Source: the human T2T-CHM13v2.0 reference genome, Homo sapiens. Taken from it: a DNA stretch of 64,000 nt. Below the pieces are notes generated by a model, which worked only from the letters and a program-made list of their open reading frames with translations, did not search any database and was not told the origin of the DNA. The position numbers and the translations under genes are program-made. How positions within the stretch are numbered: position 1 is the stretch's first letter; each line of letters begins with the position of its first letter. Below are positions 1-13,382 of this stretch, piece after piece. The stretch lies in the NCBI RefSeq assembly GCF_009914755.1, contig NC_060942.1. The stretch is one strand, 5' to 3'.

Positions 1-1553
1 AAGAAAAAAAGAAAAAAAAAAGGAAATTAGAGGGCATTAGTAATCACACAGATAAAGGAAGGTGTCTCTATGAAGATTAAACATGTATTGTAATTACTGG
101 AGAATATTTGCTTGCCTAAAATATTCTCTCCCTAGCCAGATTCCTTCACCGTTTCTGACTAAACATAGAATCACTAAAAATAGAACGACACAACCACAAT
201 ATCATCTTCTCAGGCAATTCCAGCCTACTTTCTCAGCAAAAGCAGTTTCTTCTCTTTCTGGCTGCATTCCTTGCAGGCAATCCGAGCTGCTTGCAAGAAA
301 ACAAAGTTCCTTGCTCATCTTTGCAGTCCTGAAACCTATTGCTGAGGCAATGCTTTGCCCCAGTCCTGACGGGAGCTCCGTTATCACAAAACCTTCTGTC
401 GGTTTACTCCTTTGTTCAGGGGCCACTGGAAGAGAAAGACTAAATGCATTCCACCCAGGGCCTGCCTTCGTGTCCACCAGGGAGCAAGGTGTACACAGGA
501 AGTGGACATTCCGCTGTGGTGGTAGAACCTCCTCTGTCACTCATCAGTGGATGACTGGCTCATTTGACTATTCAGTGCCTGCCCTTTGGACATCTCGCTG
601 AACTGCAGTCTCTCACAGAGCCCTTATAAGTAATACAGCTGATCCTTTGGCTATGCTATGCTATGCTTGTTTTATTTTCTACACCAAATGAAAAGTAGAT
701 ATTCACTAGATTTTTTGCTAAATGGAGATAACATTTAATTGAATTCAATAAATGAGAGGAAAAATTAATTAGCCTTAAAGTCTCGTAAGTACATCTATAC
801 TTTAAAAAATATTGTGTGCTTGCAAAAGCTGCAGATTAATAAATCATCTGCAATGGAATTAAATTTGTGAATATTTATCTCTCTAATATTGTGTAGCAGG
901 CATATTAGTTAGGAAAATAATGAACCATACAGATGCAGTGGCAAAAATTGCAGCCAACCCAGATATTTTAAATTATTAGAACCATAAGTACAAGGCAACT
1001 AGAAAAACCCACATGTTGAATGAAAAAGAAGAATGAAAACAATGCCAATTTCAGTATAAGCCAATTGAAGGGTCATCTATCTTCTGTACCAGCACAAAAT
1101 CCTTGATGGGGTGACACGACCATCCCAGAAGATCCCATTTAACAGCATTTAGTACTGCTTACATTTACACATTTTTTTAGGATAACTTAAAAGTTCATTT
1201 TATTTCCATGGTTAAAACATAGTTGCCCATACTTTACTGTTAGAAATTGTGTGGCATAGTAGATGTTTATAGAAACATCTTTCGTATCACACGAACGGTG
1301 TGAGAGGGGTTCCAAGCCAACAGAAGTGTTGCTTTCACCTTAGGCACTCTTAAAACTTCAGTTATTTACATCTTAAATAACACATTCAGCTTTTGCAGCT
1401 CTACTTTGAGAAAATGAAAGTGGAGTGTAAGGTTAAAATTAAGATATTTTAAAATAAAGTAACATTTACATAAACTGTATTTCACACATGGAAGATCAAA
1501 CAAATCATCAGAAACAACTCAGCATGAAAATTCATTGTGAATGTCCCAAGAAT

Positions 1554-1710
1554 TCCTTTCCTTTCCTTCCCTTCCCTTCCCTCCCCTCCCCTCCCCTCCT
1601 TCCCCTCCCTTCCCCTCCCCTTCCCTCCTTTCCCCTCCCTTCCCCTCCCTTCCCCTCCCCTCTCCTGTTCTTTTTCTTTTCTTACTTTTTCTCTTTTTTT
1701 TCTTTTGTTT
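1554..1710. repeat. Polypyrimidine simple repeat (CCCTT/CCCCT)n followed by a T-rich tract
   Basis: Direct reading: ~105 bp of ccttc/cccct units, then tttttc-rich sequence. Confidence 0.95.
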
Positions 1711-1729
1711 ACACTCAGCTTAAACCTGA

Positions 1730-2165
<436 letters not shown>

Positions 2166-3462
2166 TATGGAATTCTTACAGGTGCTTTTGGTAGTTAACT
2201 TCAGAGTTCTTGGTCGTTTTTGCAATCTGAAAAGAAGGAGGAAAAATATGATTAAGAGACTAAATGACCACGACCTAAAATGACCTTAAAAAGATCTGAA
2301 GTAACCCAAATAAATAAGAACACTTTTCTCATAGTTTAATACTATTTGAATGAGAATTATATTTCAGGCAAGACTGCCAATCATGTACATCATTGGATTA
2401 TTTGACCCGTGAAAATTTTCTTCTTGTTGAGAACATTTTGATTACTTTATGTATAATGAAAAACAGTTATGTTTTACTTAACGTAGGTTGATTGTCATTT
2501 CATCTCTTGGCCCTTATACATTTTCCTCACTAATATCATTTTGTAGAAGTGGCAGATCACTAAAGATTAGCATATTTAACTCATAAGAGAGTTTTGTGGT
2601 TTAAAGTATTTAAGTTTTCTAGAATTGTTACATATCCAACTGCCCACTTTTTCAAATGGCTTAGACTTAGGATGCTTTTCAAGAAATGTTTTCCCTCACA
2701 ACCCTCAGATTCTTGAGTTCATTTTACAAAATTGCCACTGCATATTTTCTGGCGTAGTTTATGAAAGTATTCCCCTGTTTAAAGGGTAATCCAATCAATT
2801 CCCAGGATTCTCCATGAAATGCAAATTGAGTCCAGCTGGCAACCTCTGACTTCAACCTGGTTTTTGTTGTGGCAGTTGTTGGTTTCATTACAAAAATACT
2901 CATTCAGAATAATCCAGGTGCTCTATTACACACTGAATGGCTCTCTCATGTAACTTAGATGAATTCTAAATTGAAACATTGTTTATTCTGACATGCCAGA
3001 GTAGACATGTTGAACATTTTAGACCCACAAAACTATATTTGTCTAAAGCTGTCCCTTAACTACCCCTCACTTCTTCCTTTGCATTGTCATTGTGTATGTA
3101 TGTGTGCAAATGACATGTACCTACATTTTTGTAAATTTGTTTATTTTTCTAGGCTGTGAGCTATTCCAGAGCACATACTTTTTATGACTAGCATGTAATG
3201 GCACAGAAAATAACTGAGAAAATAATAACTTTACTTTTTTAACAATTTAAATATATAAACTCATTTTAATTGGAAAAGGTAGACAAATGGTAGGCTAAAA
3301 ATCATTAAATTTAAAAAAATTTGAGTAGGTTTATTAGAATTTATGTATGTTTTATAGAAATAAAGTTTTACAAATGATTAGAGCTGAGTTTCAGGGTAAA
3401 TTACACAGAATTTTCTCTAAAAGACTAGACATCATGTTTGCTATATTCAATACACATCACAG

Positions 3463-3528
3463 TTAATTAAAGTATTTAAAGTGTTTAATTAAGTATTTAA
3501 TTAAGTATAAATTAAGTATTTAATTAAA
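3463..3528. repeat. AT-rich degenerate tandem repeat, ~12-bp unit ttaattaagtat
   Basis: Direct reading of about 4-5 degenerate units. Confidence 0.75.
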
Positions 3529-6127
3529 ACATCTTGTAGAGTCATCAAATACTATCCTAAACACCTTCATGAAAGCTTTAGTTTGCATTTTCATTAATAT
3601 TTTAACTGGTACAAATCAATTGCAGGTGGTGGGATGAAAACTTATTTTAAGAATTCAGAGCTCAACTCTAAACCAACGAAAACCCAGATGCTGAACACTA
3701 ACTATCCTGTGTTTTCTGTGTCCCAGGGGATGTAGGAAATGAGGGAATTACAAGAAGAGCCAACTGGAAACTTTGCATAGAAACAATACACACAAAATCC
3801 GGGCTCATGTTTTCCTTGGGGTAAATATAATTCATATCTTTCAAAGCATTAAAAGAGTTTTTTGGGTTTTATTTTTGTTTGTTGGTTTGTTTTTTGGTAA
3901 CAACAATCATATTTGAATGCTAACACCCGGGCATTTTTAACAGTTGTGTCTTTCTCTTTTAAAATGTCAGTTATGATAGTGAATGTGCTCTCACAGAATA
4001 AGGTGGTGGTGAAAAATATATTCAGTGTCCCCAATTAATGGAGACACAAATTAATCATCAGTTATCAGTATGGATCTTTTAAGTTCATGGAAATGCATAT
4101 TCTGCACTTGGAAAATAATAATTCTTGAAATTCTTGAAATGTGTAGCAGTTCTAGGTAATTGCATTTTTGGATTCAATTATTTGAAGAAGGATAAATAAA
4201 ATTTTAGAAATTTTATTGAAGAATAATTCTGTGAGCCATCTTTTCTTTTCTTTTTCTGGGGCAGTAATAGTATAGTGCACTTTATATGCATTAGTCAAAT
4301 ATCTGTTCTTTTTAATAATATGAAACATGGCTAATGTCTTAAAAAATACTCATGTGAGAAAACCCTCGACTCTTTCAGAAAGAGGTTGACATATACACAC
4401 AACGTGCATATGATACATTTACTTATTTATTCAAAAGTACTTATTAAATGCTAATTCCAGGCCAGTGATTATTGTAATTACTCAACAGACAGAGAAGTTC
4501 TCTGCTTCTGAGGAGTTTACAATTTGGTGTGCAAGACTGTGTGGTGGAGATAATCTGTGATTTATCTGTTTTTGCTGAAACTGCAAAACAATCAGCTTCT
4601 GGATGCCAAGCATCTCCTCACACCATCTCCCCAGGCCTTGCTGTAGGCATACACCTAGCTAGCCTTTCTAAAAATATATTTTAATTGATCTATGTTAAAA
4701 AAATCTTTAGTTTCTTTCTTTCATGCACTGACCAAAATCCAAACATTGTTATTCTGGATTTAAGACCTTTTCAAATCTCATTACAATTTACCTGTCCTCT
4801 GACTACCTTCCTTTCCAGCCTGTTACCTACATCCCTTTCTTTATAGTACATACCACCATCAGACATTACTTTATTTATCAGAATGAGGCTTTTAAGGACA
4901 TAGTCTTGGTTTATGTTTTTCTTCTCACCACTTCCCAGTAACTAGGACAGGATTAGACAGTTAGGTAAGGCTCTATCAATGTGCCACAACTAAAACTTAC
5001 CCTCCAGGTGGCTAACTGTTGTTTTTGAAAGCACTTTATACGTTTCCATCTGAACTTTGTGTACGTTCTGTCTGCCTGGAAAGCATTTCCAGCAATTCTC
5101 ACCTCGTTGTTTGTAGTGAATTGTTCAAACTCCTTGTCTGCTTTCTATCTCCTGCCTGTACACTGACTGATACAGGTGGGTAATGAAGATTTTTCCTCAA
5201 AAACGATGGTTTTCAAGATTGGATTAAGTGGAGATAAGGTTTGTTAGCTAACTCGTATAGCTATTTCTCATTAAATAGTGTTTCTCTTGCACGTTTTTAC
5301 TCAGAAACTCTCACCAAACAAAAACCCTTCCTTCATTTTTTTTGTATGATCTTACCTGATCAAACTTATCAGTCTCATATATAAGTTGGGTTTCAATTGT
5401 CAGTTATAGAACAGTGACATGTCACTCAGAATTTACCTTATTCTCTAGAACCCTGGTGTGGTCAATTGATAGGTGTGTATAACAATCCACAAAAATATGT
5501 CTAATCCACTGTGTGCCTGACATAAAGTTCTATACCAATGGGATGCTAGCATTTAACAAGCATGCTTCAAAAATTTATCACTAGGAAGAGTTAAGAACTC
5601 CTGCTTCAGTGATCAGAAACAAGTCCACCACCTGTACTTTTGGTGGTGGCAAAGGATATCCCATTCTCTTCCATGTCAGGCTAATCTTGACTTAATGTAA
5701 CCCCCCTGGGGTGAATTCCATGCACACTTCTAGACTGTTTCTTCTAGAAAAACTGTGTCTGTTTTTTCTTGGAGCTGTTGAGTGCTGCCGCTCTCTTATG
5801 TTCCCTTGGTCTCTGGGCTGCATGGTGGTGGTGGTGAGGGTGGATTGGCGGCAGGTCATGGGGAGCCCCCGGCCTGTTGTTTCAATACCTGAGCAATGGA
5901 TGATGTGCTCTCGCTGTAGCCACACCACCTTTTAATTTAGGACATTTAGACATCTAAGTCACCTTGTGGGCCTTCCTCTAATTTTCTCAGCATCTTTCTT
6001 GTTCATGCTTCCCACAGCTGTGAAAGTGGCCATAAATTTCCACAGTTTCCGCCTCTCTTCTGAGTTAGGGGTTCCCTTTCCCTCTTTTATTAGAGAACTA
6101 CCTCTTACCAGGCTCTGTGCAGGTAGA

Positions 6128-6201
6128 GGAGAAGCAGTTTGCAGGGGAGAAGCAGCGTGCAGGGGAGAAGCGTGCAGGAAAGAAGCAGTGTGCAGGGAAG
6201 A
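6128..6201. repeat. Short minisatellite, 18-bp unit ggagaagcagYKtgcagg, about 4 copies
   Basis: ggagaagcagtttgcagg / ggagaagcagcgtgcagg / ggagaag---cgtgcagg / aaagaagcagtgtgcagg. Confidence 0.9.
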
Positions 6202-7442
6202 CACGATGTGCGATAGTAACTTTTGGTGAATCAATTCCCGGGAGCTCTTTTTAGAACCATTTCTGATTTTTTAAACCTTCACTCTCAATCCCATTGTCAC
6301 TAGACTTCCAAACTATATGTTAGAAGTGGCAGGTTTTTTAATATATATATATTTTTTCCGTGTAGTAGACTAAGAAAGAGGCAGTGTCACTTGTTAATCC
6401 TGAGCCCACCCAACAAAACACAGCACGCTCACTTCATTCCTTTTCTCCACACGCCCTGATATCAAATGAGGTGAAGACTTGAGGCTCAGGCAGATTCTGA
6501 CATTGGCTGGAAACTTCTTAGAACTCTTTTTCAAATAAAATGATGATGTTTTTTGAGCCCCATTAATTCATGCATTGTGAAAAGATATTTGTTCAGGTTA
6601 GTTCTGCTTAAGAACTTCTTTTAGAGTTTTACATCTTGGAATCAACAGACTGGAGAGAGGACTTTATAAATTGTAATGTAGCATGGACATTATCCTTTAG
6701 TTAATAAACTAGTTTTATTTTTTAAAAATTTTTATATTGCATTCATACCAAAGAGCTGATGGTTATTTTTATTAAGAATTGCTTAGGATGAGATGAAAAG
6801 CACAGATAATGGAATTCTTGACACGAGTTGATGCCAGTAAAGGGAGAGCATGTAAAACACCCAAGAGGAAGTTCTTCTGTAGAGAGAAGTTTTATTTTTA
6901 ACATCATATTTACAGCTGGCAGAAGATTAATAGTAAATAACTGTCAACCAAGCTAGGATGAAAATGCGCCACTAAGGAGGCAAAATACCATATGTCTTCC
7001 AATATTCAGGAACTATAATGACATTAGAAGAGTGATTAAGGTGCCACCACACAGCATCCAGGTGTAACATGGCATATGGTACACTTCCTGGCTCACTGTG
7101 CATCTCAATGTTCTTGTAGCTAAATAAACTTTTATTGCCACTTTTATGTATGTCTAAATATGGATTTATTGTTTAAGTAAACTTTCAGTATTATAATGAA
7201 TCCATTACTACTTATTTCATTACTGACCATTACAATGAAATTATTTTAAAGGATGTACAGAAAAAGATATGAATAAATGTTTAAAAGTAATCCTAATAGC
7301 TAAAATTATTTGAACTTTTTCTGTTAGTCACTATTCTAATTGCTGTAAAAGTATAAACACACTGGTCCACAGCTATATTTAATAAGTAAAAGAGTTAAAA
7401 TTCAAATTCTGATATTCCTCCTTATAAAGACCATGATCTTTC

Positions 7443-7722
7443 TATTGCTGTTCTCTTGCTAGAGTTCTCACCAGATCTGGTTGTTTAAAAGCCTGTGGCA
7501 CCTCCCCACTCTCACTTTCTTCCTCCTGCTTTGGCAGTGTAAGACTTGCTGTTTCCCCTTTGCCTTCTGCCACGATTGTAAGTTTTCTGAGGCCTTCCCA
7601 GAAGCAGAGGCTGCTATGCTTCCTGTACAACCTGCAGAACCATCAGCAAATTAAACCTCTTCTTTTTATAAATTATTCAATCTCAGGTATTTCTTTATAG
7701 CAATGCAAGAACAGACTAACAT
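7443..7722 (+). mobile_element. MSTA-like MaLR LTR, 3' part
   Basis: gccttctgccacgattgtaagttttctgaggcc...aattaaacctctt...tttatagcaatgcaagaacagactaa matches the MST/THE1 LTR 3' half. Confidence 0.85.
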
Positions 7723-8968
7723 ATATTACTCTAATCGGGTAAATTATTTTGTTTAGACAAAAATGCAACTAAATTGTTACAATTAAATTAATTTATATTA
7801 GTAAAATAGTTCTTTGATTGCATTTCTAATTAATTTACCTTGACTGCAGAGAAAAGTCCTTATCTTTTTTCCAATGTTTTCACTTTTTGATGAAAGTTTG
7901 AGCTTTGTTTACTCTATAAGAGTGATTAAAATATACATAAAGCCAACTTTGGGAATATGTGAATAATTTCTCCTTGCGTGTCTTCTGAAAATGACATTTT
8001 TTTTTTATTTTGAGCAGCAGAATTATGCCTCACCATGTGGCCTTAATTTGAGATTATATTATTAAATGTAGCATGGGAGATGAAATATAAAGTGGAGCTT
8101 GTATGATTTCTAACCTCCCTTCTGATAACAGCAGCAGGGAGCTATTGAGCAATCTTATTTTAAAGTATATGTTTGCAGGGGAAATAAGACTTCAATCCTC
8201 TCTCTCTATAGGCCAACTCTACATAGGCAAGCAGATAGATTGTATCAGTTTTATCACTGTAGTTTTTTTTTTTCCAATTTATAGAATTGCACTCTGTTAT
8301 AGTCATACATAATAAATCAGAGAGCTCTCCTTAGAAATATTTTCCATGGATCCTTATGTTTTTTTCCGCTAGGTTAGAAGCATGCTTTTTATAATTCTTG
8401 AAATAGTACTATTTAAGAGAATAACATAACCTTGCCTCTGAATATGCACATGATTATTTGATTTTAAGATAAGGATATGCATTGGATTAAGTATTAGCAT
8501 GCATTTGAATGTATTATTAGACATGCATTGATCACTAATTTGTCACTATTATTCAGTGTAACATACTCAGCTTGTGTCTAAAGGTATATTGGTTTGATTT
8601 TAAGATTTTCAAAGAATTTTATTGACCCTGTACCATTCACCGATCTTTTAGAAAGCGTAAGGAATTTTGATAGATAACATAGTTTTTTCAAAGATGAGCG
8701 AAGGCAGAGCTGATTTAAAATAAAATACAACTGCTTGTTGCTGCTTTACTTTGTAGAAGGTACAATTGGATGTAAATATCCCTAATTAGTAGCTATAAAT
8801 ATCTGCTTCTGTTACGATAATGTCTTAATATCATCTTTTTTGTTTTAATTGTGATTGCACAGATAAAAACACATAGAGACTAATATAGCAGACAGCCATA
8901 TAATGATAACCCTAATTTAACCACTATAATGTATACTCTCATATATTTTCATCTATTAGGAAAAGTTT

Positions 8969-9070
8969 GCCAAGATCGTGTCACTGCATTCCAACCTGGG
9001 TGGCAGAATGAGACTCTGTCTCAAGAAAAACAAAAACAAACAAACAAAAAATGAAAGAAAAGAAAAACAG
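8969..9070 (+). mobile_element. Heavily 5'-truncated Alu (last ~55 nt plus A-rich tail)
   Basis: gccaagatcgtgtcactgcattccaacctgggtggcagaatgagactctgtctc plus A-tail; flanks gaaaagttt / gaaaagcttt. Confidence 0.85.
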
Positions 9071-9079
9071 AAAAGCTTT

Positions 9080-9480
9080 GCAGATGTACTGCAGAGATTC
9101 CCACCCAATTATTTTGATTTCCATCTTATGTCTTCTATCTTTTACCTGAGATGCTGAGTGAATATGTTTCTCTCCATTTGGGATTTTATACATATTTTAC
9201 AAACATGCTTTCCTAAAAAAATACATGTTGTTACTGGTACTTATATAGGCACTAGCAAACAGGTACTGCCCAATTTTTGCAACATATTGGTATTCACTTA
9301 AAATTGTATATTTGAAGTTAACTGATTTAGATAAGTGCACTTTTTCTTTCTGTCTTTCTTTTTGTTTAATCCATTGTTTGACGATACCAAATGTATTTAT
9401 CTATTCTTCCATCGATGAATGTTTGAATTTTCTCTACATTTTTTGCTACTAAAAACAATGCTGGTTGAAGTTATTTGTGC
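9080..9480 (-). mobile_element. Old L1M 3' region remnant
   Basis: tatttatctattcttccatcgatgaatgtttg...ttttgctactaaaaacaatgctg resembles the antisense L1M 3' end. Confidence 0.5.
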
Positions 9481-9534
9481 AGCTTAAAACAGGCTAAGCC
9501 ATTTTCTCAAGGGTATATTTTTTCTTTTCTCCTT

Positions 9535-9758
9535 TGTGTTTTTTGTTTTGGTTTGGTTTTTGAGACATATTCTCACTCTGTCACCCAGACCGGAGTGCAA
9601 AGGCACAACCATGGCTCAAGTAGCCTCAACCTCCTGTGCCCAAGAGATCCTCCCCACTCAGCCTCCCTAGTAGCTGAGACTACAGGCACATACTACTACG
9701 CATGGCTGACTTTTGTATTTTTTTTTGTACAGATGAGATTTCACCATGTTGCTCAAGG
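9535..9758 (-). mobile_element. AluJ, truncated
   Basis: tgagacatattctcactctgtcacccag...catggctca...cctcaacctcctg...caagagatcctcc (J-type); left arm incomplete. Confidence 0.85.
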
Positions 9759-10644
9759 GGTAAGTTTTTTTCCAATTCTGAAATTCCTGGGTTATAAACT
9801 TATCACTTTCTGATTCTAAAGCTTCTAAGTCTTATGATAAAGAGGTATGCAACTTTGACCTTCATAGTATAGTCTCTTCTGTGCCATTAACAAATAAATA
9901 AATGAATAGTGAATTCCTAAAAACCTCCTAGTAGAAAGATTATAACTTTTTCAGGTAAATTATAAATTGTTCCATTCTGTGACTGCAGTGAAGGCTATTT
10001 CTCCTTTAAAAATTTCCTTTCCTCTTGACTCATAAATGAATAAAAACTAGTTAGGTTTGTTGAAGTGTAATGGACCCAACCTGCAATCTAACTAATGAGA
10101 ATTTTGTTGCTGTTTTTAATATTGCAATGCTCCTAATGCTTCTTTCTGACATGACTTTTACAAGCAGTTGCTTTACTGTGCTTACCCTACATGGGTAAAA
10201 GACAAAAAAAAAAAAAAATACAAAGAGGAGAAAACAGAAACAGCTTTTTCTAAGATTCGGTTTCCATCTACCAAAAACTGTTTGGACCCTTTACCTGAAT
10301 ACGTGAGCAAGTTTGACATGTGAGAGTTAGACCTGTCTAAATTATGCCTAACATCTTCAATAAATGATGTTTTGAGCTATAACATTTAAAAGTATAAGAT
10401 ATAAATAACTGATTTGAAAATTAAATGTTTTTGATGATTAAAATCCTGAAAAGACATTGAATACATGATAAATAACAGTATCACTTTTACCAAATTATGT
10501 TTTATGTATTTTTCTGTCTCAATAAATATCATGCTAGTAAAGAATGCCAGAATAGTGTTCATAACAGTTATTTATTTGCCCATTCCATTGTCACGTATAG
10601 CTTATATTTAAGCCTAACAATTAAAAAAAAAAAAGACAAGCATT

Positions 10645-11035
10645 TGAGATGGTTAATTTTATGTGTCAACATGACTAGGCCATTTGGTCAAACACAGTCT
10701 AGATGTTGCTGAGAAGGTATTTTTTAGACACAATTAGCATGTAAATCGGTAGACTTTGAGCAAAGCAAACTACCCTCCAAAATGTGGGTGAGCCTCATTC
10801 AATCAGTTAAAAAATGTAAGAGGTGAAAACGGAAGTTTCCAGAGCAAGAATCAATTCTGCCTCAAGACTACAGCATGGAAACCCTGCCCAAGCTTTCAGC
10901 CTGTGGATTTATGACTCAGGATTGTAACATCAACTCTTTCCTGAATTTCCAGTATGTTGGTCTGCTTGCTCAATAAGAAAATTCCTTTAAAATTTCTGTC
11001 CCTCTCTCTCTGCATATATATTTGTGTGTGTGCAC
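10645..11035 (+). mobile_element. MLT2 (ERVL) LTR, MLT2C/D-like, 3' terminus missing
   Basis: Starts tgagatggttaattttatgtgtcaacatgactaggcc; contains agactttgagcaaagcaaactaccctccaaaatgtgggtgagcctcattcaatcagtt; ends in a TC/TA/TG microsatellite. Confidence 0.85.
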
Positions 11036-12450
11036 ACAAACAACATGGCACTGTTACAGAAACAGACACATACAAAAATAGGCCAATAGAACATAATAGA
11101 AAACCTGGAAAGAAAGCCACACATCTACAACCATCTCATCTTCAATGAAGCTGACAAAAGAAAGCAATGGGGAAAGACTCTGCAGTCACTAAATGATGCT
11201 GTGATAACTGGCTAGCCATACGCAGAAGAATGAAACTGGACCCCTACCTCACACCATATACAAAAATTTACAAATGATAGATTAACTATTTAAATCTAAG
11301 ACCTCAAACTGTAAGAACCTTAGAATATAACCTAGGAAATACTATTCTGGAGATCAACCCTGGCAAAGAGTTTATGACGAAGTCCTCCAAAGCAAGTATA
11401 ACAAAAACAAAAATTAACAAGTGGGGCCTAATTAAACTAAAGAGCTTTTGCACAGCAAAAAACAAAAAAAAACAAACAAACAAAAAAAAAAACCATCACA
11501 GAGTAAATAGACAATGCACAGGCACAGAATGGGGGAAAATATTTGCAAACTCTGCATCTGACAAATGTCTAACATTCAGAATCTATAAGGAACTTAACAA
11601 GCAAAAAAACATATAACCCCATTAAAAAGTGGGCAAAAGACATGAACAGACATTTCTCAAGAGCAGACATAAGGTGGTCAGCAGACATATGAAAAAATGT
11701 TCAACATCTCTAATGATCAGAGAAATGCAAATCAAAACCACAATGAGATAGCATCTCACAGCAATCAGAATGGCTATTATTAAAAAGACAAAAAATAACT
11801 AACAGATGTTGGTGAGGCTGCAGAGAAAAGGGAACACTTATACACTTTTGTTTGGAATTTACATTAGTTCAGTCACTGTGGAAAGCAGTTCAGCGTTTTC
11901 TCAAAGAACTTAAAACAGAACTACCATTTGACCTAGCAATCCCATTACTTGGTATACACCCAAAGGAAAATAGATCATTATACCAAAGGACACATGCACC
12001 TGTAGAGTCATTGCTGCACTATTCACATTAGCAAAGGCATGGAATTAAACTAGGTGCCCACTAACAGTGGATTGGATAAATAAAATGTGGTACATGTACA
12101 CCATGGAATACTATGCAGCCATAAAAATAAGTGAAATCACACCCTTTGCATAAATATGGATGCAGCTGAAGGTTATTATCCTAAGCAAATGAGCAGGAAC
12201 AGAAAATCAAATACCTCATGTTCTCACTTATAAGTGGGAGCTAATCATTGGGTACGTATAGACATGAAGATGGAAACAATAGACTCTGAGGACTAGTAGA
12301 AGGATAAGAGGGGAGAGAGGGGAGGGTTGAAAAATGACCTATCAGTACTATTCTCACTACCTGGATTATAGGACCGTGCAGCATTGTGCAGTATATCCAT
12401 GCAACTAACCTGCTTATATATTCCAGGAATCTAAAATAAAAACAAAAATT
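11036..12450 (+). mobile_element. L1PB / L1PA15-16-like LINE-1, ORF2 3' end plus 3'UTR
   Basis: Degenerate ORF2 C-terminus (ORF 11374-11616 [17 protein letters not shown]); 3'UTR ends gaatctaaaataaaa. Confidence 0.9.
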
Positions 12451-12966
12451 ATTTTTATAATGTTATTATTTAGTAGCACAGATTGTTTTGATTAGGCAAC
12501 AAACCAAGCCAGAAGTTTCAAGTTATTATCCATATTTTAACTGTGCTGACACATCTGGTACTTCAGCAACTGCATTTCAATTTACTAAATCAATCCCGTT
12601 CCTAGATATCTTTAAAAATGAAATTAAAATACCCAGATTTGCACATTAATTAATGCTCATCTAGGGATTACAATATGTATCCTTAAATTTTCACATTCTG
12701 CGTATAGTTAACATTGTATCACTTTCTAAGAGATGCAAGAACTTTGCAACCATGACGTTCTATTTATGTTTTTATGATATGGTTCTCATATATGATACAT
12801 CTGCATGTGCCAAAGCCCCACAATACAATGCCATAATTTTTCTTTAAACTCTCTATATAGGCTAAATAAACTAAGAGACTTAAAAAGATGTTATATGTAT
12901 AATAATATATATATAATCACATATTTGCCATTTTGAGCATACCTCAATGTCCAAGTTTATTATTTA

Positions 12967-13382
12967 GCTATGGCTATTTTATGAATGTTTGTTCCCTCTG
13001 AAACTCATGCGAAAACTTAATCTCCAATGTAACAGTATTTAGAGGTCAGGCCTTTAAGAGGTGATGGGTCATTACGGCTCTGCTCTCATGAATGGATTAA
13101 CACATTTCATAGATTAATGGACTAATGGGTTATCACGGGAGTGGGTTAGTTATCACGAGAGTGGTTCATTATAAAAGCCATTTTGGCTCTCAGTGTACCC
13201 CTCCTAGCCTGTGATGCCCTCTGCCATGTTATGACACAGCACAAGGCTCTCACCAGGGGCCGACCAGACACGGCCCCTCAAGGTTGGAATGCCCAGCCTC
13301 CAGAACTATAAAATATAAATTTATTTTCTTTATAAATTATCCAGCCTCAGGGACTCAGAGCCATGGAAAACAGACTAAGATA
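12967..13382 (+). mobile_element. MSTC/MSTD-like MaLR solo LTR
   Basis: gctatgg...aactcatg...gcctttaagaggtgatgggtcat...ctctgctctcatgaatggattaa...ccagcctccagaact...aaacagactaaga. Confidence 0.85.

Noticed and set aside
83-601. Longest ORF (172 aa) and its antisense 112-aa ORF
   Set aside because: No recognisable domain or family, no promoter or splice support; consistent with a chance ORF.
5744-5870. His-run reading frame on the minus strand (…PIHPHHHHHAAQRPRE…)
   Set aside because: It derives from a short (GGT)n tract; the frame is short and I recognise no homology.
6128-6201. Possible CRISPR-like array
   Set aside because: The units are contiguous with no unique spacers, there are no cas genes, and the context is primate.
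11374-11616. ORF with L1 ORF2 similarity (also 35706-36556)
   Set aside because: Frameshifted, truncated LINE-1 remnants, not functional CDS.
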